A DNA stretch of 64,000 nt from Eledone cirrhosa. Lineage: Eukaryota. Both the position numbers and the translations under genes were made by a program. The stretch is from positions 62,001 through 126,000 of the forward strand of contig CAXHJY010000702.1 in the NCBI GenBank assembly GCA_964016885.1, written 5' to 3'. Below, one piece after another: positions 1-13,735 of this stretch (the stretch's first letter is position 1; each line of letters begins with the position of its first letter). Under the pieces are notes generated by a model. That model ran no database searches. It saw only the letters and a program-made list of their open reading frames with translations, and was not told where the DNA came from.

Positions 1-2093
1 GTTCCTGTACACAGCTAAGTATTCTATAAGTCTCTAGCTGTGTCATTCTCGATAAAAGCACTGGATATGTAGTCCTGATGATTTCTAACAAGAATGAAAC
101 GCGTAGATTACTTCCCTTGCTTTTATCGAGAATCTAATTGTAATACGTGACGTATTCTATTCTATAGCGATTAGGTCTTCAAAATGTTTATTATAAACAT
201 ACAGAATATTTTCGAATATTCTATGTCTATATTCACATATATATCGCTATTTCAGAGCATTTATTCCAATTTCTAATTTCTGCCGGACCGGCAACCGCTC
301 TTTCAAACCAGTTCCTGTACACAGCTAAGTATTCTATAAGTCTCTAGCTGTGTCATTCTCGATAAAAGCACTGGATATGTAGTCCTGATGATTTCTAACA
401 AGAATGAAACGCGTAGATTACTTCCCTTGCTTTTATCGAGAATCTAATTGTAATACGTGACGTATTCTATTCTATAGCGATTAGGTCTTCAAAATGTTTA
501 TTATAAACATACAGAATATTTTCGAATATTCTATGTCTATATTCACATATATATCGCTATTTCAGAGCATTTATTCCAATTTCTAATTTCTGCCGGACCG
601 GCAACCGCTCTTTCAAACCAGTTCCTGTACACAGCTAAGTATTCTATAAGTCTCTAGCTGTGTCATTCTCGATAAAAGCACTGGATATGTAGTCCTGATG
701 ATTTCTAACAAGAATGAAACGCGTAGATTACTTCCCTTGCTTTTATCGAGAATCTAATTGTAATACGTGACGTATTCTATTCTATAGCGATTAGGTCTTC
801 AAAATGTTTATTATAAACATACAGAATATTTTCGAATATTCTATGTCTATATTCACATATATATCGCTATTTCAGAGCATTTATTCCAATTTCTAATTTC
901 TGCCGGACCGGCAACCGCTCTTTCAAACCAGTTCCTGTACACAGCTAAGTATTCTATAAGTCTCTAGCTGTGTCATTCTCGATAAAAGCACTGGATATGT
1001 AGTCCTGATGATTTCTAACAAGAATGAAACGCGTAGATTACTTCCCTTGCTTTTATCGAGAATCTAATTGTAATACGTGACGTATTCTATTCTATAGCGA
1101 TTAGGTCTTCAAAATGTTTATTATAAACATACAGAATATTTTCGAATATTCTATGTCTATATTCACATATATATCGCTATTTCAGAGCATTTATTCCAAT
1201 TTCTAATTTCTGCCGGACCGGCAACCGCTCTTTCAAACCAGTTCCTGTACACAGCTAAGTATTCTATAAGTCTCTAGCTGTGTCATTCTCGATAAAAGCA
1301 CTGGATATGTAGTCCTGATGATTTCTAACAAGAATGAAACGCGTAGATTACTTCCCTTGCTTTTATCGAGAATCTAATTGTAATACGTGACGTATTCTAT
1401 TCTATAGCGATTAGGTCTTCAAAATGTTTATTATAAACATACAGAATATTTTCGAATATTCTATGTCTATATTCACATATATATCGCTATTTCAGAGCAT
1501 TTATTCCAATTTCTAATTTCTGCCGGACCGGCAACCGCTCTTTCAAACCAGTTCCTGTACACAGCTAAGTATTCTATAAGTCTCTAGCTGTGTCATTCTC
1601 GATAAAAGCACTGGATATGTAGTCCTGATGATTTCTAACAAGAATGAAACGCGTAGATTACTTCCCTTGCTTTTATCGAGAATCTAATTGTAATACGTGA
1701 CGTATTCTATTCCATAGCGATTAGGTCTTCAAAATGTTTATTATAAACATACAGAATATTTTCGAATATTCTATGTCTATATTCACATATATATCGCTAT
1801 TTCAGAGCATTTATTCCAATTTCTAATTTCTGCCGGACCGGCAACCGCTCTTTCAAACCAGTTCCTGTACACAGCTAAGTATTCTATAAGTCTCTAGCTG
1901 TGTCATTCTCGATAAAAGCACTGGATATGTAGTCCTGATGATTTCTAACAAGAATGAAACGCGTAGATTACTTCCCTTGCTTTTATCGAGAATCTAATTG
2001 TAATACGTGACGTATTCTATTCTATAGCGATCAGGTCTTCAAAATGTTTATTATAAACATACAGAATATTTTCGAATATTCTATGTCTATATT

Positions 2094-2104
<11 letters not shown>
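1..2104 (+). repeat. 310-bp tandem array (about 6.8 copies visible, open at the left window edge); candidate non-LTR retrozyme array
   Basis: Unit start GTTCCTGTAC recurs at 1, 311, 621, 931, 1241, 1551 and 1861. The only differences I noticed are T>C at 1713 and 2032. Each unit contains a hammerhead motif. Confidence 0.97.
69..111 (+). ncRNA. Minimal type I hammerhead ribozyme (identical copies at 379-421, 689-731, 999-1041, 1309-1351, 1619-1661, 1929-1971)
   Basis: GUAGUC-CUGAUGA-U-UUCU(AACA)AGAA-U-GAAA-CGCG-UA/GAUUAC. Stem I is GUAGUC:GAUUAC (6 bp, one GU), the CUGAUGA and GAAA core is intact, stem/loop III is palindromic (ACGCGU), and cleavage is predicted after GUA at 105. Confidence 0.88.
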
Positions 2105-2192
<88 letters not shown>

Positions 2193-2235
2193 GTATATAT
2201 ATGTATATATATGTATATATATATGTATATATATG

Positions 2236-2292
<57 letters not shown>

Positions 2293-2581
2293 GTATATAT
2301 GTATATATATGTATATATATATGTATATATATATATATATATATACATATATGTATATATACATATATGTATATATGTATATATATATATAATATATACA
2401 TATATGTATATATGAATATATGTATATATATATATATACATATATGTATATATATATATATATACATATATGTATATATACATATATGTATATGTATATA
2501 TATATACATATATGTATATATGTATATATATATATATATATATACATATATGTATATATATATATATATACATATATGTAT

Positions 2582-2615
<34 letters not shown>

Positions 2616-2634
2616 ATATATATACATATATGTA

Positions 2635-2665
<31 letters not shown>

Positions 2666-2666
2666 A

Positions 2667-2702
<36 letters not shown>

Positions 2703-2704
2703 CA

Positions 2705-2749
<45 letters not shown>

Positions 2750-2750
2750 A

Positions 2751-2786
<36 letters not shown>

Positions 2787-2788
2787 CA

Positions 2789-2833
<45 letters not shown>

Positions 2834-2836
2834 ATA

Positions 2837-2870
<34 letters not shown>

Positions 2871-2872
2871 CA

Positions 2873-2954
<82 letters not shown>

Positions 2955-2956
2955 CA

Positions 2957-3006
<50 letters not shown>

Positions 3007-3008
3007 CA

Positions 3009-3093
<85 letters not shown>

Positions 3094-3329
3094 ATATAAA
3101 AATATATATATATACATATATGTATATATGTATATATAAAAATATATATATATACATATATGTATATATGTATATATAAAAATATATATATATGTATATA
3201 TGTATATATAAAAATATATATGTATACATATATGTGAATATGTAAATATATATATATACATATATCTATATGTATATATGTATATATATATATATCTACA
3301 TATATGTATATATATATATATGTATATAT
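2097..3329. repeat. Impure (TA)n microsatellite with TG/CA interruptions
   Basis: Direct reading; source of the YIYI ORFs. Confidence 0.98.
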
Positions 3330-4846
3330 TACGAAAGGCTACTGTCACTACGAAAGGCTACTAAATGAGGAGAATAAATCGGAGAAGGACAGTCTCCCCC
3401 ACATCGACACAATAGAGGGACCAGCAGTGTTAATTGAAGGTAGTATAATAAGTAAGGCAATCAAAGATATGAAGAGGGGTAAGGCGGCTGGGCCTTCGGA
3501 AATAGTTGCCGAGATGCTGAAAGCCTCTGGAACGGTGGGACACACTATGGTCACCCGGATAGTAAACCAAGTCATACAGAATGGGGTTGTTCCGAAGGAC
3601 TGGCGTAGCAGCATCATCATTGACTGTTACAAGGGTAAAGGAGACGCCCTAGATAGGAGTAACTATAGAGGCATTAAATTAATCGACCAGGTCATGAAGG
3701 TCACGGAAAAAGTAATAGTGCAACTAATCAGAGAGAGAATTGATCTAGATGAAATGCAGTTCGGGTTTGTGTCAGGCAAAAGTACCACAGACGCTCTTTT
3801 CATTGTACGACAACTACAGGGGAAGTACCTAGCTAAAAGTAAACCCCTATACTTAGCTTTTGTCGACTTGGAGAAAGCCTTCGACAGAGTCCCCCGTTCC
3901 ATTATCTGGTGGGCTCTTAGAAAACTAGGTGTTGACGAATGGCTTGTGAGAGCTATACAAGCCATGTATAAAGAAACAGTCAGCAGGGTTAGAATTAACA
4001 ACGAATATAGTGAAGAGTTTAGCGTAAAAGTTGGTGTCCATCAGGGCTCTGTTCTTAGCACCCTACTATTTATTATTGCCCTTCAGGCTATAACAGAGGA
4101 GTTCAAGACCGGCTGCCCATGGGAACTCCTATACACAGATGACCTAACACTCATAGCTGAATCAATGGCCGAACTAGAGAAGAAATTCCAAACATGGAAG
4201 CACGGCCTAGAATCAAAAGGCCTTAAAATTAACCTGGCTAAGATTAAAGTTCTAGTTCTTAAGAAAGAAAATAAGGCGGCGGCCCTTCCGGGAAGTGGCC
4301 ATGCTCAGTGTGTAGGAAAAGCGTAGGTAGAAACTCCATTTTATGTCCCAAATGCAAAGTATGGGTGCATAAAAGATGTAGTGGGATCACAGGTAAGCTA
4401 ACTAAGAACATAGATTTTACATGTGGCCGGTGCTCTGGTGCAATAAGTAGCAGCAAGTGCCCACATAATACCAGCTCTTTCAATTGCGCAGAGGGTTCTA
4501 TAGAAACAGTGGACAGCTTCCGTTACCTGGGTGACAAAATCAGCAGTGGGGGAGGGTGCTCTCAAAGTACAGTAGCTAGAGTCAGAACTGGATGGAAAAA
4601 GTTCAGATGTCACGACAAAAAAACACACAGTCCACGCTGTAATGTGGCCGTGTAGGCAACACGGTAAAAACCTCCCAGCCCCACACTGTAAATGTGGTTG
4701 GTGTTAGGAAGGGCATCCAGCTGTGGAAAACCCGCCAGACAGTCCTATGCGAGCAAGACAATCACTCTTGCCTCAAGTGGGAAAACCCCCGTCCAAACCC
4801 ATGCAAGCGTGGAACACGGACGTTAAACGATGATGATGATGATGAT
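3330..4846 (+). mobile_element. RTE-clade LINE, 5'-truncated with an internal deletion (RT, Cys-rich finger, partial 3'UTR, (GAT)n tail)
   Basis: RT motifs NYRGIKL, FVDLEKAFDRVPR, GVHQGSVLS, LLYTDDL (YADD altered) and FRYLGD. Frameshift near 4280. Jumps from KKFR into the 3'UTR at about 4608 and ends AAAC(GAT)n. Confidence 0.93.
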
Positions 4847-4895
4847 GTATATGTATATATATGTATATATATGTATATATATGTATATATATATG

Positions 4896-4964
<69 letters not shown>

Positions 4965-5132
4965 GTGTATATATATATGTATATATATGGATATATATGT
5001 ATATATATATATACATATATACATATATATATACATATATACATATATATATACATATATACATATATATATACATATATACATATATATATACATATAT
5101 GTATATATATATGTATATATATATGTATATAT
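4847..5132. repeat. (TA)n microsatellite between two tail-to-tail RTE ends
   Basis: TATG interruptions in the left half switch to CATA in the right half. Confidence 0.95.
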
Positions 5133-5777
5133 ATCATCATCATCATCATCATCGTTTAACGTCCGTGTTCCACGCTTGCATGGGTTTGGACGGGGGTTTT
5201 CCCACTTGAGTCAAGAGTGGTTATCTTGCTCGCATAGGACTATCTGGCGGGTTTTCTACAGCTGGATGCCCTTCCTAACACCAACCACATTTACAGTGTG
5301 GGGCTGGGAGGTTTTTACCGTGTTGTCTACACGGACACATTACAGCGTGGACTGTGTGTTTTTTTGTCGGAACACCTACACGATCTCATTCGTTTCGGCC
5401 TGGATGTTGTGGCACCAACATAACTTTACATTGAAAGGGGTGGTGTGGATGGGGTGGGGGTGATGGGACGGGGGTGTATTTTGTTAGAGATGCCTACTGG
5501 TGTAGTAGGTTTTACTTTGTATTTAGGTAAGGCGGGTCTTCTCTATTACTGAGTACCGCCAAAGGTCTCGGTCCAGTGACATTGTCTTGGAGAGGTGTAA
5601 GTGTGTGAGGTCGGAGTTTATCAGCTCGTCCCAGGTTTTTCTGGGTTTGCCTATTCCGCGGCTACCGTCTATCGTTATTGCCCTGCACTTTGTTATACAG
5701 CTATCGTCCTTCATGCGCATCACGTGACCATACCAACGTAGCCTTCTCTTGAGTAAACAACATCTGATCCCTCTTAT
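5133..5777 (-). mobile_element. RTE LINE 3' fragment (ORF C-terminus, 3'UTR, (GAT)n tail)
   Basis: [21 protein letters not shown]...[11 protein letters not shown]...; the 3'UTR is the reverse complement of 4608-4846. Confidence 0.93.
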
Positions 5778-6110
5778 ATATATATGTATATATATATGTA
5801 TATATATATATATATATATATTTATATGTATATATATATGTATATATATATATGTATATATATATGTATATATGTATATATATGTATATATATATGTATA
5901 TATATATGTATATTTATATGTATATATATATATATATGTATATATATATGTATATTTATGTGTATATATATATGTATGTATATATATATGTATATGTATA
6001 TTTATATGTATATATATATATATGTATATTTATATGTATATATATATATATGTATATATATATGTATATATATATGTATATATATATGTATATATATATA
6101 TATATATATA
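5778..6110. repeat. (TA)n/(TATG) microsatellite
   Basis: Direct reading. Confidence 0.95.
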
Positions 6111-6552
6111 TAAAATAAAGTTAAATAAAAGTCAAATGATTAAAATTTAGCTTCGTTTATTACTGCTATATATATTTCAGTGACAGCCATCTTTGGCTGT
6201 GACCTCTTCAGGCAGTTTGAATTAGTATGGTATAGACAAGTACATATGTTGTTTAGGTGTATGATATTGTCAATACTCTGATATGCCCAGTTCCTTGTTG
6301 GGTTGTTAATTCACTGGGGAACTGGAGTCATATGACTCCAGTTCCCCAGTGACTTAACAACCCAACAAGGAACTGGGCATATCAGAGTATTGACAATATC
6401 ATACACCTAAACAACATATGTACTTGTCTATACCATACTAATTCAAACTGCCTGAAGAGGTCACAGCCAAAGATGGCTGTCACTGAAATATATATAGCAG
6501 TAATAAACGAAGCTAAATTTTAATCATTTGACTTTTATTTAACTTTATTTTA
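6111..6552. mobile_element. 442-bp palindrome of a Penelope-like pLTR fragment, with one hammerhead per arm
   Basis: Arms mirror around 6331/6332 (GAGTCAT|ATGACTC) with one mismatch noticed. Flanked by TA repeats. Confidence 0.85.
6447..6501 (+). ncRNA. Minimal type I hammerhead ribozyme, CUGAAGA core (mirror copy at 6162-6216 on the minus strand)
   Basis: ACUGC-CUGAAGA-GGUCACAGCCA(AAGA)UGGCUGUCACU-GAAA-UAUAUA-UA/GCAGU. Stem I is ACUGC:GCAGU, stem II is long and loop III is palindromic. Confidence 0.82.
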
Positions 6553-6646
6553 CACTACTCCGGAGTAACCAAACCAACCTGCGCACTTCGTCGAGTGCTC
6601 CAGCCTGCATACTGAGGTGTTGGTATACAACCAACATAAACTCAAA

Positions 6647-6647
6647 A

Positions 6648-6733
<86 letters not shown>

Positions 6734-6734
6734 G

Positions 6735-6767
<33 letters not shown>

Positions 6768-6768
6768 G

Positions 6769-6847
<79 letters not shown>
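6647..6847. repeat. (TA)n microsatellite
   Basis: Direct reading. Confidence 0.95.
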
Positions 6848-6849
<2 letters not shown>

Positions 6850-6850
<1 letters not shown>

Positions 6851-7107
6851 TATTTATTAAAATAACAGATTAAACTTTAAGCAAAGAATCGCTGCTTTCA
6901 CCCTTAACAGGATCTTCTGAAACTATCAAAGTCAATCTGTAAACGCAGAACTGGATATTTCAAAAAACGTTGCAACCGGAGGTAGACAGGAAGACGATAC
7001 TTTGGTTCGTGGTAACGTTCGCTAGCAAAGAACGGGAAAAAACGAATAAGACGTCATTAATAGGAGCGGTGAAAAACAATTACGAGCAAAGACAAAACCA
7101 CGTTTAT
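6850..7107 (-). mobile_element. Putative PLE 3'/pLTR fragment with a degenerate hammerhead-like core
   Basis: The minus strand reads CAGAAGA-UCCU(GUUA)AGGG-U-GAAAG near 6890-6920. The terminus TTTAATCTGTTATTTTAATAAATA also occurs next to TA runs at about 34507-34531 and 54891-54911. Confidence 0.4.
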
Positions 7108-8614
<1,507 letters not shown>

Positions 8615-8617
<3 letters not shown>

Positions 8618-8812
8618 TTGTTATACTTTGGGAGGGTCATGTTGCCAATAAGAAACACACGCACCAGTTGCTTTCACTTCAATTTAATTTAATATATATT
8701 TATAAATTTACAAATTTATAAATTTCTGGTTGGTTGGTTGGTTCCACAACCAGATAGTTGTTTATATATATATATAGTCATAGTTCTTTCGTCACACACT
8801 CTGTGACCTCTT
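8615..8812 (-). mobile_element. PLE 3' pLTR fragment, same family as 24233-24425, truncated inside the hammerhead core
   Basis: Reverse complement matches 24233-24425 and begins at AAGAGGTCAC, lacking the CTG of CTGAAGA. Confidence 0.85.
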
Positions 8813-8825
8813 ATATATATGCATA

Positions 8826-11800
8826 TATGTTGTATGTATGTATATTCTTCTGGTTTTATAATTTCACAAAGTCTTACCAATAGAGAGAGAGTCGGTTTCT
8901 AACATAGACCACAATACTCTCTCATTGGAATTTACACATCAACTAGGTAGATATGTATGTATGCATGCATGCGTAGATATGGATGTTATTATGTGTGGAT
9001 GTGTATGTTTTGAGTTATATGTGTGCATGTGTATATGCTTTGCATCTGTACATGTGTATATGCAGTTATTAGATTCAACATTTTGGGAATGTTTTACATA
9101 TTTTTACTGTTCCATTAATGGATTGTACTTGTAATTTCCTAACTAGTTGTGTTCTTTCTGTTCCTGTGAAGCCTAGCTTTTCAAGATTTGTATTGAGGCA
9201 GTTACTATCATATCCCAGTGCCCCAATAATCACAGGCATAAATCTGAAGGTGTAATCAGGGTGAAGTATTTGCAGATTTCTCATCAGTTCTGCATAAATA
9301 TTTTCCTTTTCACTAATCTTTGATATTATATTGGCATCTGCTGGGCATCTAATTTCCACTACTGTGCATGCTTTCTTCTCCCTGTCCCATATCATAATAT
9401 CTGGTCTGTTATGCCTGCATTTTATTGAGGTTTTTTACTGGAACATTCCACCAGTACTCTTTCATATTATGTACATGTCTTCCACATTGCTGTAGCTTTT
9501 AATGTGTTTATTATCGGGGCTCACTTTTCTACGGATTGCATTGTACAGTGTTTGGCCCCTACATCATGCCTCATAGGTAGATAGTACCACGATGACATCT
9601 TTGGACAGCTGCTGATGACATGGGTGATATCCTCGATGTTAGTTCTGCAGAGTCTGCATTTATCACATCTAGGTGTTTTGTCTGCATCCCGATCTCTTTT
9701 GTGATCATGTATTTCGTGTTAATCTCCTGTTCCTGGATTGCAAAAGCGTATCCTTCAAAGTGGGAGCCAATATATCGGTTCTTGGTCCAATATAGACTAC
9801 TTTTCTTATCTATATTACTCTCACTCTGGAGCTTTCTGGAAACATATCCATGCATGATTTTTTGCATTTTTCACACAGGGAACATCTCTCGAGGAGTTCC
9901 TTCCCAACTCTCATGATCTTATCTGTTTCATGCAGATAGACTTGCCTGAGAAACGGGCTCCTACGCTTCGATGTTCGTAGATGTTGTTGGAGAGATATGA
10001 TGCGACATTCAAATGTTGTCTGGACTGATGTTAGGCCTCTGCCTCCCTGCTTACGTTTCAAGTAAAGGTGGTCTATGTCACTGTTGATGTGGAAGTTTCC
10101 GGTGTTGTTCAGTATTTTTCGAGTTCCAACATCAACTGCTCGGATTTCGTCTATCGTCCAATTGAGTATTCCAAACGTTGGTGAGCCATTGTTTTGTTTT
10201 GCGCAGAGATTTCCGATGACCAGATCTTTCTTAATCGGGTGTAGTATTCCCTGGTTACGCGTTCTTTATTACAGATACCATTATAGTATATGTTCTCATC
10301 TATCCCCGGGTATCTGTAGCAGTCCTCTCGGATATCGGTGAAACAGTTAGGCCATTGATGACAATGTTGCTAGATTGGGTTGTTGTTTTTCCCTGCTTTA
10401 CACTCATGTATGAGCATTTATCTTTGCCAAACTCCATTCCTATATCCTTTGAGAACGATGTAACCAGATCAAGATTTTTCTTCATCCCATCTATGTTCTT
10501 GGCATAGAGTTTCAGATCGTCCACAAAGAAATTATGGGCTAGGTTCGTATTTCTGTCCTCCTGTGAGCCAATGATGTATCCCTCGCATTTCTTGAGCAGA
10601 AAGGACAAGGGGTTTAATGACAAGATGAATAATATCACAGAGAGACTGTCCCCCTGCAATATACCCTTGCAATATTTTATTTTACAGTTAAAATAGAGTC
10701 CTGCCTCTCTGTCTTTAACCTTAGGATAGTAGCCCAAGAAGAAGACAGCCTCTCTGTGGCTCTGACAATAATGTCTAGGACTTTAGCAAGTTGGAGGGCC
10801 TCTATCATCCAAGAGTGGGGAACAGAATCGAAAGCTTTCCTGTAGTCCAGCCAGACTGTAGTCATTCCTCCTAAGTTGTCGCACCTCCGACATCGCAGTT
10901 TTGTTGATTAGGAGTTGTTCAGCACATCCCCAAATCCCTTTCTTTCCAGCTGCTTGTTCATCATTATTATTTTCACAGTGATCTTGGAGGAATAGGTTCA
11001 GGCAGGCTATATACATCTTATACATCAGGCAGTTTTTTGCCAAGTGGGTGTCTTTGTTCTTGTGCTAATTTCAACCATTCTGTATAAGTGTATCTCCCTT
11101 AAGAACTTGTTGGTAGAGGTCAATAAGATACCTCTGATAGAATATCAGTTTTTTGTACCAGTAGCCTACAATCATGTCTCTTCCTGGTGTTTCTTATCTT
11201 GGAGTTTTCCTATCACAGTCTCAAGGTTACCCTCACTTATTTCGTATGTTTTTGTTGTAGTGTAGGAGCAATAGTTCTTTCGGACTTCTCTTAGCCACAC
11301 TGCATCTTGTTTCAAATTCTTCTTTTCACCCCATATTTTGCTCCAAAAGGAATCTGTCTTTCTGGGATGGGGCCTCAGTGACACTTTTTATTTTGGCCTT
11401 TATATCTCTATAGATTGATGTTTGGTTTCGTCTGAATCATTTATTAAGCACTTTTCTCTCATCTACCTTCTTCAGGTATCGGCGTTTTTCGCTAACAGCT
11501 CTCAATTCTTATTTGAGGGTGATCAGCTTATATTGGAGAGTGCTGGTATCTATTTTATTTTTCACTCTTTGTTGGTGAGGAGTGAGGTTTTTTTGTGTTT
11601 GTTTGCATGTAAGGAGCATAGTCACATATCCTATGTTTTTTCGTAAGTCAGCAATCTTTTTTCCGATTTTAGTTATATATGATGGTATTCTTGGTGGTCT
11701 TCTGTTCTTGTTAATATCTCTGCTCTCACCAAGATAATGCTTCACTGTCGTTTCTAAGGCATATAAACAGGCGTTGATTTGCCAAAATATTGGGGTTTTT

Positions 11801-11970
11801 ATCTGTCGAAATATTCATCCCCGATTTCGTCAATAACACGTAATATTTCATTATTTGTTTTTTTTTATTAAACATTGTCGTTTTAATACGTTCAGCAAGA
11901 GAGATATTTATACATGAATTCATTTCTCTCTGGAAGATTTGGTTGAGGGAAAATTTCAATTATTTATACA
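8826..11970 (-). mobile_element. R4/Dong-like non-LTR retrotransposon (RT + CCHC + restriction-like endonuclease), frameshifted and deleted
   Basis: Minus-strand peptides DYRKAFDSVPHSW, GILQGDSLS, FFVDDLKLY, DIGMEFGKDKC and FAIQEQEI, plus the RLE motif HNRPDIMIWD...EK...PVIIGALG ending at 9075. The 3'UTR runs into TACA repeats. Confidence 0.88.
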
Positions 11971-11975
11971 TTTGA

Positions 11976-12178
11976 TTATATATATGTATATGTATGTATA
12001 TATATATATGTATATGTATGTATATGTATGTATGTATATATATATATATGTATATGTATGTATATGTATGTATGTATGTATATATGTATATGTATTTATT
12101 TATATATGTATTTGTATGTATGTATGTATGTATGTATTTATGTATGTATGTATATATATATATATATATACATATATG

Positions 12179-12212
<34 letters not shown>

Positions 12213-13507
12213 TATATGTATATGGATGTATGTATGTATGTATGTATATATATATGTATATGTATATATATATATGTATATGTATGTATATATGTATGTA
12301 TATGTATGTATGTATATATGTATGTATGTATATATATATGTATATGTATGTATATATGTATGTATATGTATATATGTATGTATATGTATGTATGTATATA
12401 TATATATGTGTATGTATGTGTGTATGTATATATATATATATATGTGTGTATGTATATATATATTTATATATATGTGTATGTATATATATATATATATGTG
12501 TGTATGTATATATATATGTGTATGTATGTATATATATATATATATATGTGTATATATGTATATATATATATATATATGTGTATGTATGTATATATATATA
12601 TATATGTGTATGTATATATATATATATGTGTGTGTATGTATATATATATATATATGTGTATGTATGTATATATATATATATATATGTGTATGTATGTATA
12701 TATATATATATATATGTATGTAAGTATATATATATGTGTGTATGTATGTATATATATATATATATATGTGTGTATGTATGTATGTATATATATATGTGTA
12801 TTTATGTATATATATATATATTTATGTATATATATATATATATATGTGTATGTATGTATGTATATATATATATATATGTATTTATGTATGTATATATATA
12901 TATATATATATATGTGTATGTATGTATGTATATATATATATATGTGTATGTATGTATGTATATATATATATGTGTGTATGAATGTATGTATATATATATA
13001 TATATGTGTATGTATGTATATATATATATATGTATGTATATGTATATATATATATGTATGTATATGTATGTATATATATATATGTATGTATGTATATGTA
13101 TGTATGTATATATATATGTATGTATATGTATGTATATATATATGTATGTACATGTTTGTATATATATATATGTATATGTATGTATATATAAATGTATGTA
13201 TATGTATGTATGTATATGTATGTATGTATATGTATGTATATATATATATATGTATGTATATATATATGCATATATATGTATGTATATATATATGTATGTA
13301 TATGTATGTATATATATATATGTATGTATATATATATGTATATATATGTATGTATATATATGTATATATATGTATGTATATATATATGTATATATATGTA
13401 TGTATATATATATGTATATATATATGTATATATATGTATGTATATGTATGTATGTATGTATGTATATATGTATATGTATGTATGTATATATATATGTATA
13501 TGTATGT

Positions 13508-13541
<34 letters not shown>

Positions 13542-13562
13542 GTATATATATATATATATCTG

Positions 13563-13596
<34 letters not shown>

Positions 13597-13676
13597 TATG
13601 TATATGTATGTATATATATATATATGTATATGTATGTATATATGTATATGTATGTATATATATGTATGCATATATG

Positions 13677-13710
<34 letters not shown>

Positions 13711-13735
13711 TATGTATGTATATATATATATATGT
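11976..13735. repeat. (TA)/(TATG)/(TGTA) compound microsatellite
   Basis: Direct reading. Confidence 0.97.

Noticed and set aside
1-2104. CRISPR array or rDNA/snRNA repeat
   Set aside because: Units are identical with no unique spacers, there are no cas genes, the context is eukaryotic, and I see no recognisable 5S or snRNA sequence.
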